In this document: positions 28,896 to 38,588 of the stretch, piece after piece
How the letters are laid out: each line of letters begins with the position of its first letter
Position numbering within the stretch: position 1 is the stretch's first letter
Source of the DNA: a virus
Taxonomy: Duplodnaviria; Heunggongvirae; Uroviricota; Caudoviricetes
Length of the DNA: 64,000 bases
IMG/VR virus record: IMGVR_UViG_3300034102_002845
Direction: 5' to 3' (one strand)
Made by a program: the position numbers and the translations under genes
Notes under the pieces: model-generated
Databases searched by the model: none
Told to the model about the DNA's origin: nothing
Seen by the model: the letters and a program-made list of their open reading frames with translations, nothing else

Positions 28896-29405
28896 ATGAG
28901 TACACTTTATAGGGCCAACGGAGACCTGTTAGTGCTGGCTCGCAAGGGTCAGTTTGACATAATTGTCCACGGCGCTAATTGTTTTAATAAGATGGCTTCA
29001 GGCATCGCGGGGCAAATTAGCCGTGAGCACCCTGAAGCAGCGAACGTTGACCTTTCCACTCGGGCAGGGGACCGGGGCAAACTCGGTCGTTTTACCCTGG
29101 CACAGGTTCAAGGGAGCGGTAACCATACTTTCTACATTGTCAACGCATATACTCAGTACTCTTACGGAAGGGGCAAAGACATTTTCGAGTATGACTTTTT
29201 CCGAGACTTTCTCAAAAGTTTTCAAACTTTTTTGAGGAGCGGCGCCATGGCTGCGCCACTGGACGGGAAGTTTGCGGTAGGATTCCCATACATTGGGTGC
29301 GGTCTCGCTGGCGGTAACGAAGACACGATAGTAAAAATGCTTGAAAGTTTCTCCCTATCCTGCCACGATATTGCGGAAGTCACTCTCGTACGGTACGTGC
29401 GATGA
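28896..29405 (+). CDS. macro domain (ADP-ribose-binding/processing) protein
   Basis: FDIIVHGANCFNKMASGIAGQI ... FYIVNAYTQ ... FPYIGCGLAGGN, consistent with the MacroD/YmdB fold pattern. Confidence 0.55.
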   Translation: MSTLYRANGDLLVLARKGQFDIIVHGANCFNKMASGIAGQISREHPEAANVDLSTRAGDRGKLGRFTLAQVQGSGNHTFYIVNAYTQYSYGRGKDIFEYDFFRDFLKSFQTFLRSGAMAAPLDGKFAVGFPYIGCGLAGGNEDTIVKMLESFSLSCHDIAEVTLVRYVR

Positions 29406-29600
29406 CCTCGCTGCAGTGGTTAAACATCGCCTCGTGTGCTGCTCGTCGCCTTTCCGCTCTACGGCTTCGAGGGTCGTCCACCACCGAAGCCAAGGTCGGA
29501 GAAAAGGCTACCTTGGACATGGCTCTGTCTAAGGCGAACATGGCCATTATGGCTCGCTTAAGGGCACATTTTACGTCGAACAGCCCAAGCCAGAGGTAAA

Positions 29601-29646
29601 GGGGACGGTTTTCCCCCTTTGCTTTTCGGGGCAAATGGGCTATACT
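29601..29646 (+). promoter_or_regulatory. hairpin plus promoter cassette
   Basis: -10 tatact 29641-29646; ATG 29693. Confidence 0.45.
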
Positions 29647-29692
29647 AGCTTTAGGGAGTTCACCCTCTACAACGAACTCTCAGAAACCTTTC

Positions 29693-30022
29693 TTGAAGAA
29701 AATGAAAACCTTTCTTGAACCCTTGCGCAGAGTCAACTACGTGGTTGTTGGTAACAGAGCCGTGAACGCGGCACTGACTACGATTGCGTGGTCCGTTCTC
29801 CTTTTTGGCCTTGCGAGTAAGGCTGTCAAGGCTCTAAGACCCCACCTTGTCGTTGCCCTGAAGGCACTGCTTAATGCCCTGGAGGAGCCACCGTCACCGG
29901 TCCAACCCCTTGCTCTTGCAGAGTCTCCTGCGCCATCCCCGGTTGTCTCAGCACCTGCTGTCGCCAGAAAAAGGCCCACCCGTCGCGAGCCTGCACAACA
30001 CAAAGGATTTCTACGTGGCTAA
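29693..30022 (+). CDS. hypothetical protein (one TM segment, Pro/Ala-rich tail)
   Basis: Follows the cassette at 29601-29646. Confidence 0.3.
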   Translation: MKKMKTFLEPLRRVNYVVVGNRAVNAALTTIAWSVLLFGLASKAVKALRPHLVVALKALLNALEEPPSPVQPLALAESPAPSPVVSAPAVARKRPTRREPAQHKGFLRG

Positions 30023-30067
30023 GGGCGGTTTCCCCCCCTTGCTTCTTAGACGGAAAACGCTATAGTA
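30023..30067 (+). promoter_or_regulatory. hairpin plus promoter cassette
   Basis: -35 ttgctt 30040-30045; -10 tatagt 30062-30067; ATG 30073. Confidence 0.55.
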
Positions 30068-30072
30068 ATATC

Positions 30073-30810
30073 ATGAATAACGTTACTTCCAATTTTGCCT
30101 TCATCGGCGACCTACACTCTCAGAGAAAGCCCTTGCTCAAAGCACTCGATTATTGCAGAGGAGCAAATTGCACACCAATTTTCCTCGGAGACCTTTTTGA
30201 CTCTCGTATGGAAACAAGCGACAGCGCAGGTGTGTATAAAGCTGTCAGCCAAGCCGTGGAAGAAGGGGCGATTGTGCTTCGAAGCAACCACCAAAACAAG
30301 CTGGAGCGTTACGCTCGCGGGAACAACGTGGTTCTTAAAGAGGGCTTTGAGCGTACTGTGCAAGACTTCTCAGACGCAGGTATCCCTATTGAGGAAGTCT
30401 CTGCCTGGCTGGAAACTTTTCCCTACGGGGTTGCCTTGCGAGATTCCCGAGGGACCGAGTACCGTTGTGCTCACGCGATGTTTCCGAAGTGGGTTCTTGT
30501 TCCGCCGTCTTACACAGGAGTATACCGTGTGAATGAGGTTACGAGAAAAGCCAAGGACTACATGCTATTTGGTCCTCGCCGTCCCGGTGCGGTGTACCCT
30601 CAAGATGAGACTCGTGTCTTTTGGTGGGAAGAGGAATGCGATCGGACCTGGGTTCGTGTCGCAGGACACTACCACCACGTTCACACGAGCGAGAGGAGCC
30701 TGGTTCTCGACGGTCAGATGGGTGGTAGCACTCAGAAAAGTTTTGACCCGGCGCACGCTCGCCTCTGTGTGTGGAACCTGGAAGAACAAACCCTTGTTCA
30801 GTTTGCTTAG
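30073..30810 (+). CDS. calcineurin-like metallophosphoesterase (PrpE/ApaH-like)
   Basis: FIGDLHSQ, IFLGDLFDSR, RSNHQNK are the GDxH / GDxxDRG / GNHE-type metallophosphatase motifs. ATG 6 nt after the -10 box. Confidence 0.65.
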   Translation: MNNVTSNFAFIGDLHSQRKPLLKALDYCRGANCTPIFLGDLFDSRMETSDSAGVYKAVSQAVEEGAIVLRSNHQNKLERYARGNNVVLKEGFERTVQDFSDAGIPIEEVSAWLETFPYGVALRDSRGTEYRCAHAMFPKWVLVPPSYTGVYRVNEVTRKAKDYMLFGPRRPGAVYPQDETRVFWWEEECDRTWVRVAGHYHHVHTSERSLVLDGQMGGSTQKSFDPAHARLCVWNLEEQTLVQFA

Positions 30811-31408
30811 TCTCCCAACCCTTAACTTATGAACCCCAACCCCTACGACACTGCCTTACATGGTAAGGCGTTTTCCCTTGGCGATGCAATTCAGACTCGA
30901 CTATGGGACCTTTCCGTGCAATGTCATCTCCTCCTTGATCGCGGACAGTTTGACCTCGTAAGGCTCCTTCAAGCTGAGGGCGAAGCTCTCGCTAAGGCCT
31001 ACGAAAACCAAGAAACCTTCCTTGTAACACACTTTAACCGAAATGAAAGCTGACAGAGTAGTTCGAGACGGCAAAGTCGCCGTGTTATATAGCCCAGGCT
31101 TTGGCGCTGGTTGGAGCACATGGAACTCCAGTGATGGTGAGGGTAACGACGGTCTCGAAAACTTTCTGTTGTTCGACCCCACCCTGGTGCACATGGTTGA
31201 AGACGACCGCCGAGACTCCATTCCAGAGTACGTTGAGTCCGTTTACCCCGAGTCCTACTTTTACGGTGGTGGCGCAGGAAAACTTTCAATTTACTGGGTA
31301 CCTGAAGGGGTTATGTTTAGGGTTACGGACTACGACGGGTTTGAGTCCCTTGAGTTTCGTGACGCTGAAGACTGGAAAATTGCTTAGCTCCCTACCCTGT
31401 AACCCCAC

Positions 31409-31570
31409 ATGCTAATACGAGTTCTTGGTGTCGCTGCTGGAGCATCGCTACTCTTGCTCATTCTTCTTTTGAGGGGACTTCCAGTGGTGTTCTTCCTCAA
31501 AATTGTACCGCTCGCACTCCTCCTTTGTGTTGCATGTGCGTTTATTTACGCCGGTGTAACTAAAGACTAG
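31409..31570 (+). CDS. small membrane protein (53 aa)
   Basis: MLIRVLGVAAGASLLLLILLLRGLPVVFFLKIVPLALLLCVACAFIYAGV. Found by eye. Confidence 0.3.
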   Translation: MLIRVLGVAAGASLLLLILLLRGLPVVFFLKIVPLALLLCVACAFIYAGVTKD

Positions 31571-31615
31571 CTCAGCCTTAATTCCAAACCACTCACATTC
31601 AAAATCACATTCAAA

Positions 31616-32434
31616 ATGTCACTCGCAAAAATTGGTATCGGCGTTGGTGCCGGTGCTCTCCTTCTCGCCCTCACCGCTGGTCAGTTCACTACGATCAACA
31701 CCGGTGAAAACGGGCTCTATGTCGGTTTCGACGGCCAAGTGAAAAACGAGGTTCTGACACCAGGCATTAAGTACGACGGGTTCGGATCCATTAAGGTGTT
31801 CAACACCCGAAAGATCACGGTAACTGCAAACGACCTTCGCCCGAAGACCAAGGACAACACCATCATGAAAGAGATGGATGTTACTGTAACATACAGCATC
31901 AACCCTAACTCCCTTTACGAGTTCTTCACCAACTACGATCTGACTAATCACGGGATTGCCGAAAATGGTCAGCTTCAACTAATGTCCAGCTACATTTCCA
32001 GGTTGATTACATCCGCCGTAAATCAGTCTGTCGATGAGTTCCCCGCACTAGCTGTAAACAGCAGCCTAGAACAGATTCAAGACACAATCAAAACCAACCT
32101 GTCCGAAGCTCTTCGAAAGAACGGCCTTGACGGTAGAATAACCGTCGACTCCACCATCGTAGGCAAAGCTGACTTACCGGACGACTTGGTGGCATCGGTG
32201 AATCGTGTAGTTGCCGCCCAATCTGGCCTAAAAGAGCAGCAAGTTAAGACTGAAACAGCTCAACTTAAGGCCGAGGAAAACAAGGCACTGGCATCCACAG
32301 TGACTTCGCAGTCTCTTGAGTACCAACGTCTTGAGGTTCTCCGTGAAGCCATGAAAAACGGCAGTATTCAGAAAATTCTGATTAACGGTGCCAACGTGCT
32401 CTCCCTTTCTGAGGGTGTTTTTAACACGAAGTGA
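31616..32434 (+). CDS. SPFH/band-7 (prohibitin/HflKC-like) membrane protein
   Basis: N-terminal TM (IGIGVGAGALLLALTAG), then a beta-rich PGIKYDGFGSIKVFNTRKITVT segment and a long coiled-coil (QSGLKEQQVKTETAQLKAEENKA). Confidence 0.45.
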   Translation: MSLAKIGIGVGAGALLLALTAGQFTTINTGENGLYVGFDGQVKNEVLTPGIKYDGFGSIKVFNTRKITVTANDLRPKTKDNTIMKEMDVTVTYSINPNSLYEFFTNYDLTNHGIAENGQLQLMSSYISRLITSAVNQSVDEFPALAVNSSLEQIQDTIKTNLSEALRKNGLDGRITVDSTIVGKADLPDDLVASVNRVVAAQSGLKEQQVKTETAQLKAEENKALASTVTSQSLEYQRLEVLREAMKNGSIQKILINGANVLSLSEGVFNTK

Positions 32435-32451
32435 GTGTGGTCCGGGGGTAA

Positions 32452-32497
32452 GGGCGGGAAGCCGCCCCTTGCTTCCCCGTAGCAAACACGCTAGTAT
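32452..32497 (+). promoter_or_regulatory. hairpin plus promoter cassette
   Basis: GGGCGGgaagCCGCCC; -35 ttgctt 32469-32474; -10 tagtat 32492-32497. Confidence 0.45.
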
Positions 32498-33745
32498 ACC
32501 CTTACAAAACCATCGCACTGGCACCATAACCCAAAGAAAACCGCAAAGAAAACATGGGAATGTATACAGAGATTTACGTCAACGTTGACCTCAAAGCATC
32601 GACACCCGACGACGTCATTACCGTTCTCAAGGCAATGTGCGGAAAGCTCGACGAAGACTCGAAAAGAGAGGCCCTGAAGGACCTTCCAGACCGCTGGGGT
32701 TGGCTTTTCAGTGACGGCAGCTATTACACTCCACGAACACACTGCAAGTTCCTGGAACGAGACACGATCTCGAAGCAATGGGCGATTCTAGGAAAAGGCG
32801 ACATTAAGAACTACCAGGGAGAGATTCAAAAGTTCTTTGAATGGATTTCACCGTGGGTAGCCGGCGATAAGGGTGACTTTATCGGCTACTCACGGTACGA
32901 GGAAAACCAACAACCGCAACTCTACTTCTTAACAAAACAATGAACTTCGACAACTTTGGCCAGATTTGGAACGAGTCCCGTGGCCGATTCACAAAGTCTG
33001 GACGCGACACCATTCACGAAACGAAAATTGAGGAATGGGTAGATAGGGGCGTTGACCTTGCCTTTGACCCTTCCTTCTGGGAAGGTATGGTTCGTGGAGC
33101 TATTGAACGTCTTCAAGAAGAGATCGCAGGTACGGACAACCTGCGCTGATTGCACCGCCGTCCGACCCAAACTCCTGATCAACCAACCTCGCAAAACCAT
33201 GGGACTTGACTCCTACCTTTACGCTGAGAAATACCTTGGCAACTACGACCATTCGTCCGACGAAGAAAAAGAAACGTAAAACAAGATTGTAACAGCTTTG
33301 GGTCTGACCGACTTTGCAGCCGTTAGGCGCAACAGTCTTTACACGCGAGTCGAAGTTGCTTACTGGCGTAAAGCCAACCACATTCACAAGTTCTTTGTGG
33401 ATCTATCTGAGGGGGAAGACAACTGCGAAGACATTGATGTTGGCCGAGACGACTTGGTAGAACTTCTCTCTCGGTGCAAAAAACTCCTCGAAAGTAGGGA
33501 CACCCCTGCGGAAACAAACACAGTAAACCCTGCGGAGATCCTACCCACCGAAGGGGGATTCTTCTTCGGCTCGACAGACTACGGTGAGAATTACTACGCC
33601 GACCTTGAACACACAGTCAAAGTCCTGGAGAAAGTCCTCAACCACCCTGCTATCCCTGATGGAGACTGGAGTTGGACTTTCGTGTACCGTGCCTCTTGGT
33701 GAGTGAAGCTACCACTGTAAACCCACTAAAGTTCCCTTAGTTCAT

Positions 33746-35287
33746 TTGGACGGGAGCAAAGTTGATACAGCTTTAATTTGTATCCAAACAAACAATCAAC
33801 TTGAGAAAATGACAACCTTTTTAAACGCACTCGAAAACGAGTTTAACCAAACTACCACTGCAAACGGTGCAAAGGCATACAAGTCCACCGAGTCTAAGTG
33901 CCTGGACCTTTTTGGAAAGATTGCAGCTTGCCGTGACAACATCAGCGAAGCAACTCGCCTATTCAATCTTGCTTATGCCGTCGCCCCTGAGACCGCAACT
34001 CGAATCTTATTTTGGGCACGCGACATTCGTGGGGGCCAGGGAGAGCGAAAGATCTTTCGAGAAGTTTTTAAGGAACTCGTCCGCAATGACACCGCTGTCG
34101 GTGAGAAACTCGTCGGGCTAATTCCACAGTACGGGCGCTGGGACGACCTTGTTGCACTCGAAGGAACTTCCGTGTGGAACGTTGCACTCGAAGTGATTAA
34201 AGAACAGCTTAACGCCGATCTAAACACGGAAATTGGAAAGTCCGTTTCACTTCTGGCAAAGTGGCTGCCTTCCATTAACGCATCGAGCCAAGAATCCAAG
34301 CGAGTTGGCCGCCTTATCGCCAAGGAAATGGGTTGGACCGAGAGGCAGTACCGCAAGGCTCTGACTGCCCTCAGGTCACAAGTCAAGATTGTTGAGCAGC
34401 CAATGTGTGCCCGTGAGTGGGAAAGCATTGACTACGGTGTGTTGCCCTCTCGCGCAGGGTTTATGTACCGCAAAGCCTTTGCAAAGCGCGACGGCAACCG
34501 TTACCAATCCTACCTTGACTCGGTAGAGAAAGGTGAGGCAAAAATCAATGCCGGTACGATCTACCCTTACGAAATCGTGCACAAGTACCTTTACGGGGGT
34601 GAAAAGAGCGATCAGACTCTAAACTTAATGTGGGAGGCTCTACCCAACTACATGGAGGGAGAGCAGCTAAACGGCCTTGTAGTTGCTGATGTCTCGGGGT
34701 CTATGGGCCAGAACGGCGGCATGCCCATGGCGGTTTCAATCTCGCTGGCGATGTACATCGCTGAGCGTAACACCGGGGCATGGAAGGATAAGTTCCTAAC
34801 CTTCTCAGGAAGCCCGAAGCTGCAGTCTGTCACCGGGAGAAACATTGCTGAGCGTGTTAATAACCTTAGTCGAGCCAAGTGGGACATGAATACAGACCTG
34901 CAAGCAGTCTTCGATCTTGTGTTGGCTACCGCAACGAGGAACCATATTCCTGAAGGGGAAATGCCTCGCAAGCTCATCATTGTCTCAGACATGCAGTTTG
35001 ATTCCTGCTGCAGAAACAACTCAGTGACAAACTTTGAGGCGGTGCGAATCAAGTATGCTCAAGCAGGGTATTCCTTGCCGGAACTTGTCTTCTGGAATGT
35101 TAGCTCTAGCGGCAACGTACCTATGAAAATGCATGACACGGGAACTTGCCTGGTCTCCGGGTGCAGCCCTTCAATCCTGAAAGCTGTGCTTACTGGCGGG
35201 GTAATTACGCCTGTAGGGGTTATGCGTGACGCTGTTTACACTGAAAGGTACGACGCTGTCGGTGCCGTATTTGCTGAAGGAGCATGA
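33746..35287 (+). CDS. von Willebrand factor A (vWA) domain protein with large N-terminal helical domain (possibly TROVE/DUF2828-like)
   Basis: MIDAS motif LVVADVSGSMG at residue ~310, downstream T/D ligands (KLIIVSDMQFD). The first 300 aa are helical. An alternative start is at 33809. Confidence 0.55.
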   Translation: MDGSKVDTALICIQTNNQLEKMTTFLNALENEFNQTTTANGAKAYKSTESKCLDLFGKIAACRDNISEATRLFNLAYAVAPETATRILFWARDIRGGQGERKIFREVFKELVRNDTAVGEKLVGLIPQYGRWDDLVALEGTSVWNVALEVIKEQLNADLNTEIGKSVSLLAKWLPSINASSQESKRVGRLIAKEMGWTERQYRKALTALRSQVKIVEQPMCAREWESIDYGVLPSRAGFMYRKAFAKRDGNRYQSYLDSVEKGEAKINAGTIYPYEIVHKYLYGGEKSDQTLNLMWEALPNYMEGEQLNGLVVADVSGSMGQNGGMPMAVSISLAMYIAERNTGAWKDKFLTFSGSPKLQSVTGRNIAERVNNLSRAKWDMNTDLQAVFDLVLATATRNHIPEGEMPRKLIIVSDMQFDSCCRNNSVTNFEAVRIKYAQAGYSLPELVFWNVSSSGNVPMKMHDTGTCLVSGCSPSILKAVLTGGVITPVGVMRDAVYTERYDAVGAVFAEGA

Positions 35288-35469
35288 TCTGGATCAAATT
35301 GCCGGGTGCCCTCTGCATCGTTCTGCAAACCGTTTTCATAACTTTGAAGGTAGCGGGTCAGGTTTCCTGGCCCTGGCTCACAGTGCTTTCACCGACTCTT
35401 GTGCCAATTTTTCTACTTGGGTTGGGAGCCCTTTGGATGATTCTTCAGGTACTTACACATGAGAAATAA
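35284..35469 (+). CDS. small membrane protein, tandem paralog A
   Basis: LKVAGQVSWPWLTVLSPTLVPIFLLGLGALWMIL matches LKLTGQISWPWVSVLSPIVILGSVSILSLILLLL in the next gene. Confidence 0.4.
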   Translation: MIWIKLPGALCIVLQTVFITLKVAGQVSWPWLTVLSPTLVPIFLLGLGALWMILQVLTHEK

Positions 35470-35472
35470 CTA

Positions 35473-35661
35473 ATGTTTACGAATCTCTCAGCTTCGTTAA
35501 TGACAGCCCAGGGTCTTCTCATCGGATTGAAATTAACGGGGCAAATATCCTGGCCATGGGTCTCGGTGCTTAGCCCAATCGTAATCTTAGGCTCTGTGTC
35601 CATTTTGTCACTCATTCTGCTTCTGCTACTGTCGAATTTGTATGCAAGGTCAACCAAGTGA
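35473..35661 (+). CDS. small membrane protein, tandem paralog B
   Basis: See paralog A. Confidence 0.4.
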   Translation: MFTNLSASLMTAQGLLIGLKLTGQISWPWVSVLSPIVILGSVSILSLILLLLLSNLYARSTK

Positions 35662-35904
35662 ATCGCATAGCGAGTGGGCTCCCTTTTCCTCTTCTTTGCG
35701 GGAGGAGTACGACAGTCTTGTAGAAAACTTACGAAGTCGTGGCCTAGACAATGTTATTTCTTGGGAGAACTTTCTAAGAGACTTCACACCCTTAGTTGGA
35801 CACGAAATACCAACCGAGTACCGCCATTACGACGTAAGAGTGTCGGAAGATGGTGAAGTTATCGAGTTGTACAAGGGAACTCGACGAGTAACAAATTTGA
35901 GCCA

Positions 35905-35970
35905 GGGCGGTTAACCGCCCCTAGCGGTTCGGTTTTCACCCTTTCCTTCGCTCAGCAAAACCGCTATAGT
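35905..35970 (+). promoter_or_regulatory. hairpin plus promoter cassette
   Basis: GGGCGGttaaCCGCCC; -10 tatagt 35965-35970; followed by a truncated MENTP reading frame. Confidence 0.45.
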
Positions 35971-36013
35971 TCATGTATGGAAAACACCCCAGTACACAGC
36001 ATCTTCTCGGGGG

Positions 36014-36367
36014 ATGCCTCCTTTCTCCGTTAGCCATAAAGCAATGTGGAAGTTTAACAAACCCCTGAGTCAATTGCGCTCTTTTCGTGACAGTTTACTG
36101 AGGGACGACCAACACACCTACGCCACAAGGCTTGGAGAAATTGTGGAGTCCCTCGAAGAGTGGTACGAAGGTGCCCTGGAGTTGAACGAAGAAGCAAGTG
36201 GAGCAGGTGGCTTTGATGAGCTAAGCAGAGTGTACAGGGAGGCCAACTCAATCTACGAGTCTAAGCTCTCCGATGAAGCCAAGTATGACCTTATTTTCTC
36301 CAAGAAGATATCACAAAAGTCCCCTTCTCGTGGTACGACCCTGACACATCTTACGAGAAGGACGTAA
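36014..36367 (+). CDS. hypothetical protein
   Basis: 117-aa ORF directly upstream of the tRNA block. Confidence 0.3.
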   Translation: MPPFSVSHKAMWKFNKPLSQLRSFRDSLLRDDQHTYATRLGEIVESLEEWYEGALELNEEASGAGGFDELSRVYREANSIYESKLSDEAKYDLIFSKKISQKSPSRGTTLTHLTRRT

Positions 36368-36543
36368 GGTACTTTATGAACGCCTTTCGAGAGTACATGG
36401 GTGGTGCCCCGCGATAGGCCCCGAGTAAGGGTCTCTGCTTGATTCCGTTTACCCCTAGCACTTCCAACCTATGATACGGATGTGGAGCTCAAGGTTCCAC
36501 TCCTCGCCCCCTTAACCTCCACCCAGCAAAGCGGTGCGAAAAC

Positions 36544-36664
36544 CGAAGAGTAGCCAAGTGGTTAGGCAGCGGTAATGCAAAAAGATTACCTAGCTTAGGT
36601 AATTCAGCAACTACCCAATACGCAAAAGGAACCGCCATACGCAAGTTCGAATCTTGCCTCTTCG
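36544..36664 (+). ncRNA. tRNA-like gene with a ~50-nt extra region between the anticodon-arm-like hairpin and the T-arm
   Basis: Perfect 7-bp acceptor stem (CGAAGAG/CTCTTCG), D-arm GCC-AAGTGGTTA-GGC, hairpin GGTAAT-gcaaaaag-ATTACC at the anticodon position, ~50-nt insert, T-arm GCAAG-TTCGAAT-CTTGC. Confidence 0.4.
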
Positions 36665-37137
36665 ATTGTTTCTCTATGGGAAACGTAGATAGTTCAGCGA
36701 TTTACCCTAACTCTCTTGGGAAAAACAACTATCTAGTTAAACCCAAACTTTATCTCCATAATGGTAGTAAAAGACCTTTGTTCTCGATCCAAGTAATTTG
36801 CCAAGCGAACGTAGACCCAACAAAAAGACATGACACCTACTGAAGCAGGTTTTGACGGTGACAAGGGCATACGGTTAGACGTGCCGAGTAAAGGGATAGG
36901 GCATGACGTATTGTATCGACTGAAGCGAGGTAAGACCCTACCCAAAAACTCCCAAAACAAATCGTTAAAGAACATGCTGATCTGGCATTACCCTGACGAT
37001 AGCGACTCTAAGCTCTTGTTCTGTAACTCTGACGGGGAGTGGTTTAATTTAACCTTTGAACCCACTAAAATTGGAGAGTAGCTCAAGGGCTAAGAAAAAC
37101 TTTCAATATTGCTCCAGGTAGTTTTCGGAGCAAATAC

Positions 37138-37252
37138 GGGACCGTAGCTCAACTGGTAGAGCACGAAAAGTTATCTTGACAAAGATACATCAGCAATTAA
37201 ATTACCTCTTTTAAAGGCGCGGTTGCAGGTTCGAGTCCTGCCGGTCCCATTC
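37138..37252 (+). tRNA. tRNA-like gene with a ~35-40 nt insertion in the anticodon region (intron-containing, split or degenerate tRNA)
   Basis: Acceptor GGGACCG/CGGTCCC plus discriminator A. D-arm GCTC-AACTGGTA-GAGC. T-arm GCAGG-TTCGAGT-CCTGC. The anticodon region is replaced by ~50 nt containing hairpin TATCTT-gaca-AAGATA, and AAAAG/CTTTT could form an anticodon-stem-like helix. Confidence 0.45.
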
Positions 37253-37263
37253 CCATTTTTACT

Positions 37264-37806
37264 ATGACTAACAGCAAGACCTCATTTCTCCTAACTCAAA
37301 ACCACCTGAAACTGCTGAGAAGAATGCACGTTGGGTGGAGCAACTGTGAATTCGGTGCTCCGGAAATAGACCCGAAAAGACCGTATGGCAACAGTTGGGT
37401 TATCGGAGACATACACGAAATTCTGACTGGAGAAGACCTAGAAGAATTGACCGAGTCACAGGAAGAGGAGTACAGGCAACTTCACGAACAAACTCAAACA
37501 GCCCTCCAAATCATTCTCTCTACGGGGAAGTTTGAGGAAGGTTTGTACATGCTTATTGAACCGTATTCTTCTACTTGGGTGCGGAAAGCCATGATCAATT
37601 CCATGGCCTACAAAGACTACACAGCCAGTATGGTCTTCGATACTGAAGACAAGATTATTGTTGGTCGTGTCCTAGACATCGACGACATTATCTCGTTTCA
37701 CGGCGAAACGATAGCTGAATTTGAATCCAACTTTCATGCAGCCATCGAAGACTATCTAGCCGCATCCCAGGAACTTGGCTCTTCGCCGGAAAAGCCCGCA
37801 AGTTAA
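37264..37806 (+). CDS. protein with C-terminal HicB-like (UPF0150) antitoxin-type domain
   Basis: YTASMVFDTEDKIIVGRVLDIDDIISFHGETIAEFESNFHAAIEDYL fits the HicB N-domain pattern (y.a.v..d....y.a...dlpg....GeT.eEa..n..eAie.yl). Flanked by the tRNA-like gene and a degenerate copy of its 3' half. Confidence 0.45.
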   Translation: MTNSKTSFLLTQNHLKLLRRMHVGWSNCEFGAPEIDPKRPYGNSWVIGDIHEILTGEDLEELTESQEEEYRQLHEQTQTALQIILSTGKFEEGLYMLIEPYSSTWVRKAMINSMAYKDYTASMVFDTEDKIIVGRVLDIDDIISFHGETIAEFESNFHAAIEDYLAASQELGSSPEKPAS

Positions 37807-37824
37807 GGTACTTCGGGTGTCTAA

Positions 37825-37860
37825 GGTTCGGTTTCAGGTTCGAGTCCCGCCGGTTCCATT
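37825..37860 (+). repeat. degenerate direct repeat of the 3' half (T-arm + acceptor) of the tRNA-like gene at 37138-37252
   Basis: GGTTtCAGGTTCGAGTCCcGCCGGTtCCATT matches GGTTgCAGGTTCGAGTCCtGCCGGTcCCATT at 37222-37252. Confidence 0.5.
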
Positions 37861-38588
37861 TTCACACGAACAATGAACAGAGTTTCAATTGCGATCTTGG
37901 CGCTTTGCACCGCTTTATCTGGCAACGATGCATTGTGCAAGACTCAAATGGTTGTGACAGGCAGGAACGCAGAAGAAGTACAAAGAAATGCGTTCAGGGC
38001 CAAAATGAGCTACCCGCTCAGGCCGCTAAAGTGTAGTCAACGGTGCTCCCAATTGTGGGAAAGAGATTGATTGTGATGTGGGGACTCTCAGCCCTAAAGG
38101 AAGGGCGGTCTCCCGCCTTGCCTTCCCCCTAGTAAAGGCGGCATGATTATAGCGTGTAAGCGATTCAAATGACAAACCGTTCCCGGTCCGCTCAGGCGGT
38201 TCTGAACACTGTCTTAAATGAAGCGGAGCCTCGATCCGTGCAGTTACAAGCGATAGCAGATGCCGCTGCCGTTCTCCGAGTCGCTGCGGATCAAGTGGTG
38301 CCACCTGACCCCTGCGGCAACGACTGCTGCATCACCCAATGCGAGCAGATCCGCGCCGAACTCTTCGCCATCACCACCGAACTAGAAGGGCGGTTACCCG
38401 CCTTGCCTTGCCTTTTCTAGGAAAAGCTAGCCATAGGGTACCGGGCCCAAGGGTCCCGCTCCTAAGATCTCACCACGGGGAATGGGCGGTTTCCCGCCCC
38501 CCTCTCCCTTGCCGTGCACACGCTAAAGTTAATCAGCTCACCTTCCACCGTCAACCATCCAATGAAATACCGCATTCGACACGAAGTA

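Noticed and set aside
36544-37252. Interpreting the two tRNA-like genes as permuted YrlA-type Y RNAs
   Set aside because: In YrlA-type Y RNAs the tRNA-like module has a loop-closed acceptor stem and the Ro-binding stem is formed by the transcript ends. Here the order is the normal tRNA order (acceptor 5' strand, D-arm, insertion, T-arm, acceptor 3' strand) with free acceptor ends. I therefore report them as insertion-containing tRNA-like genes and keep the Y-RNA idea only as a low-probability hypothesis.
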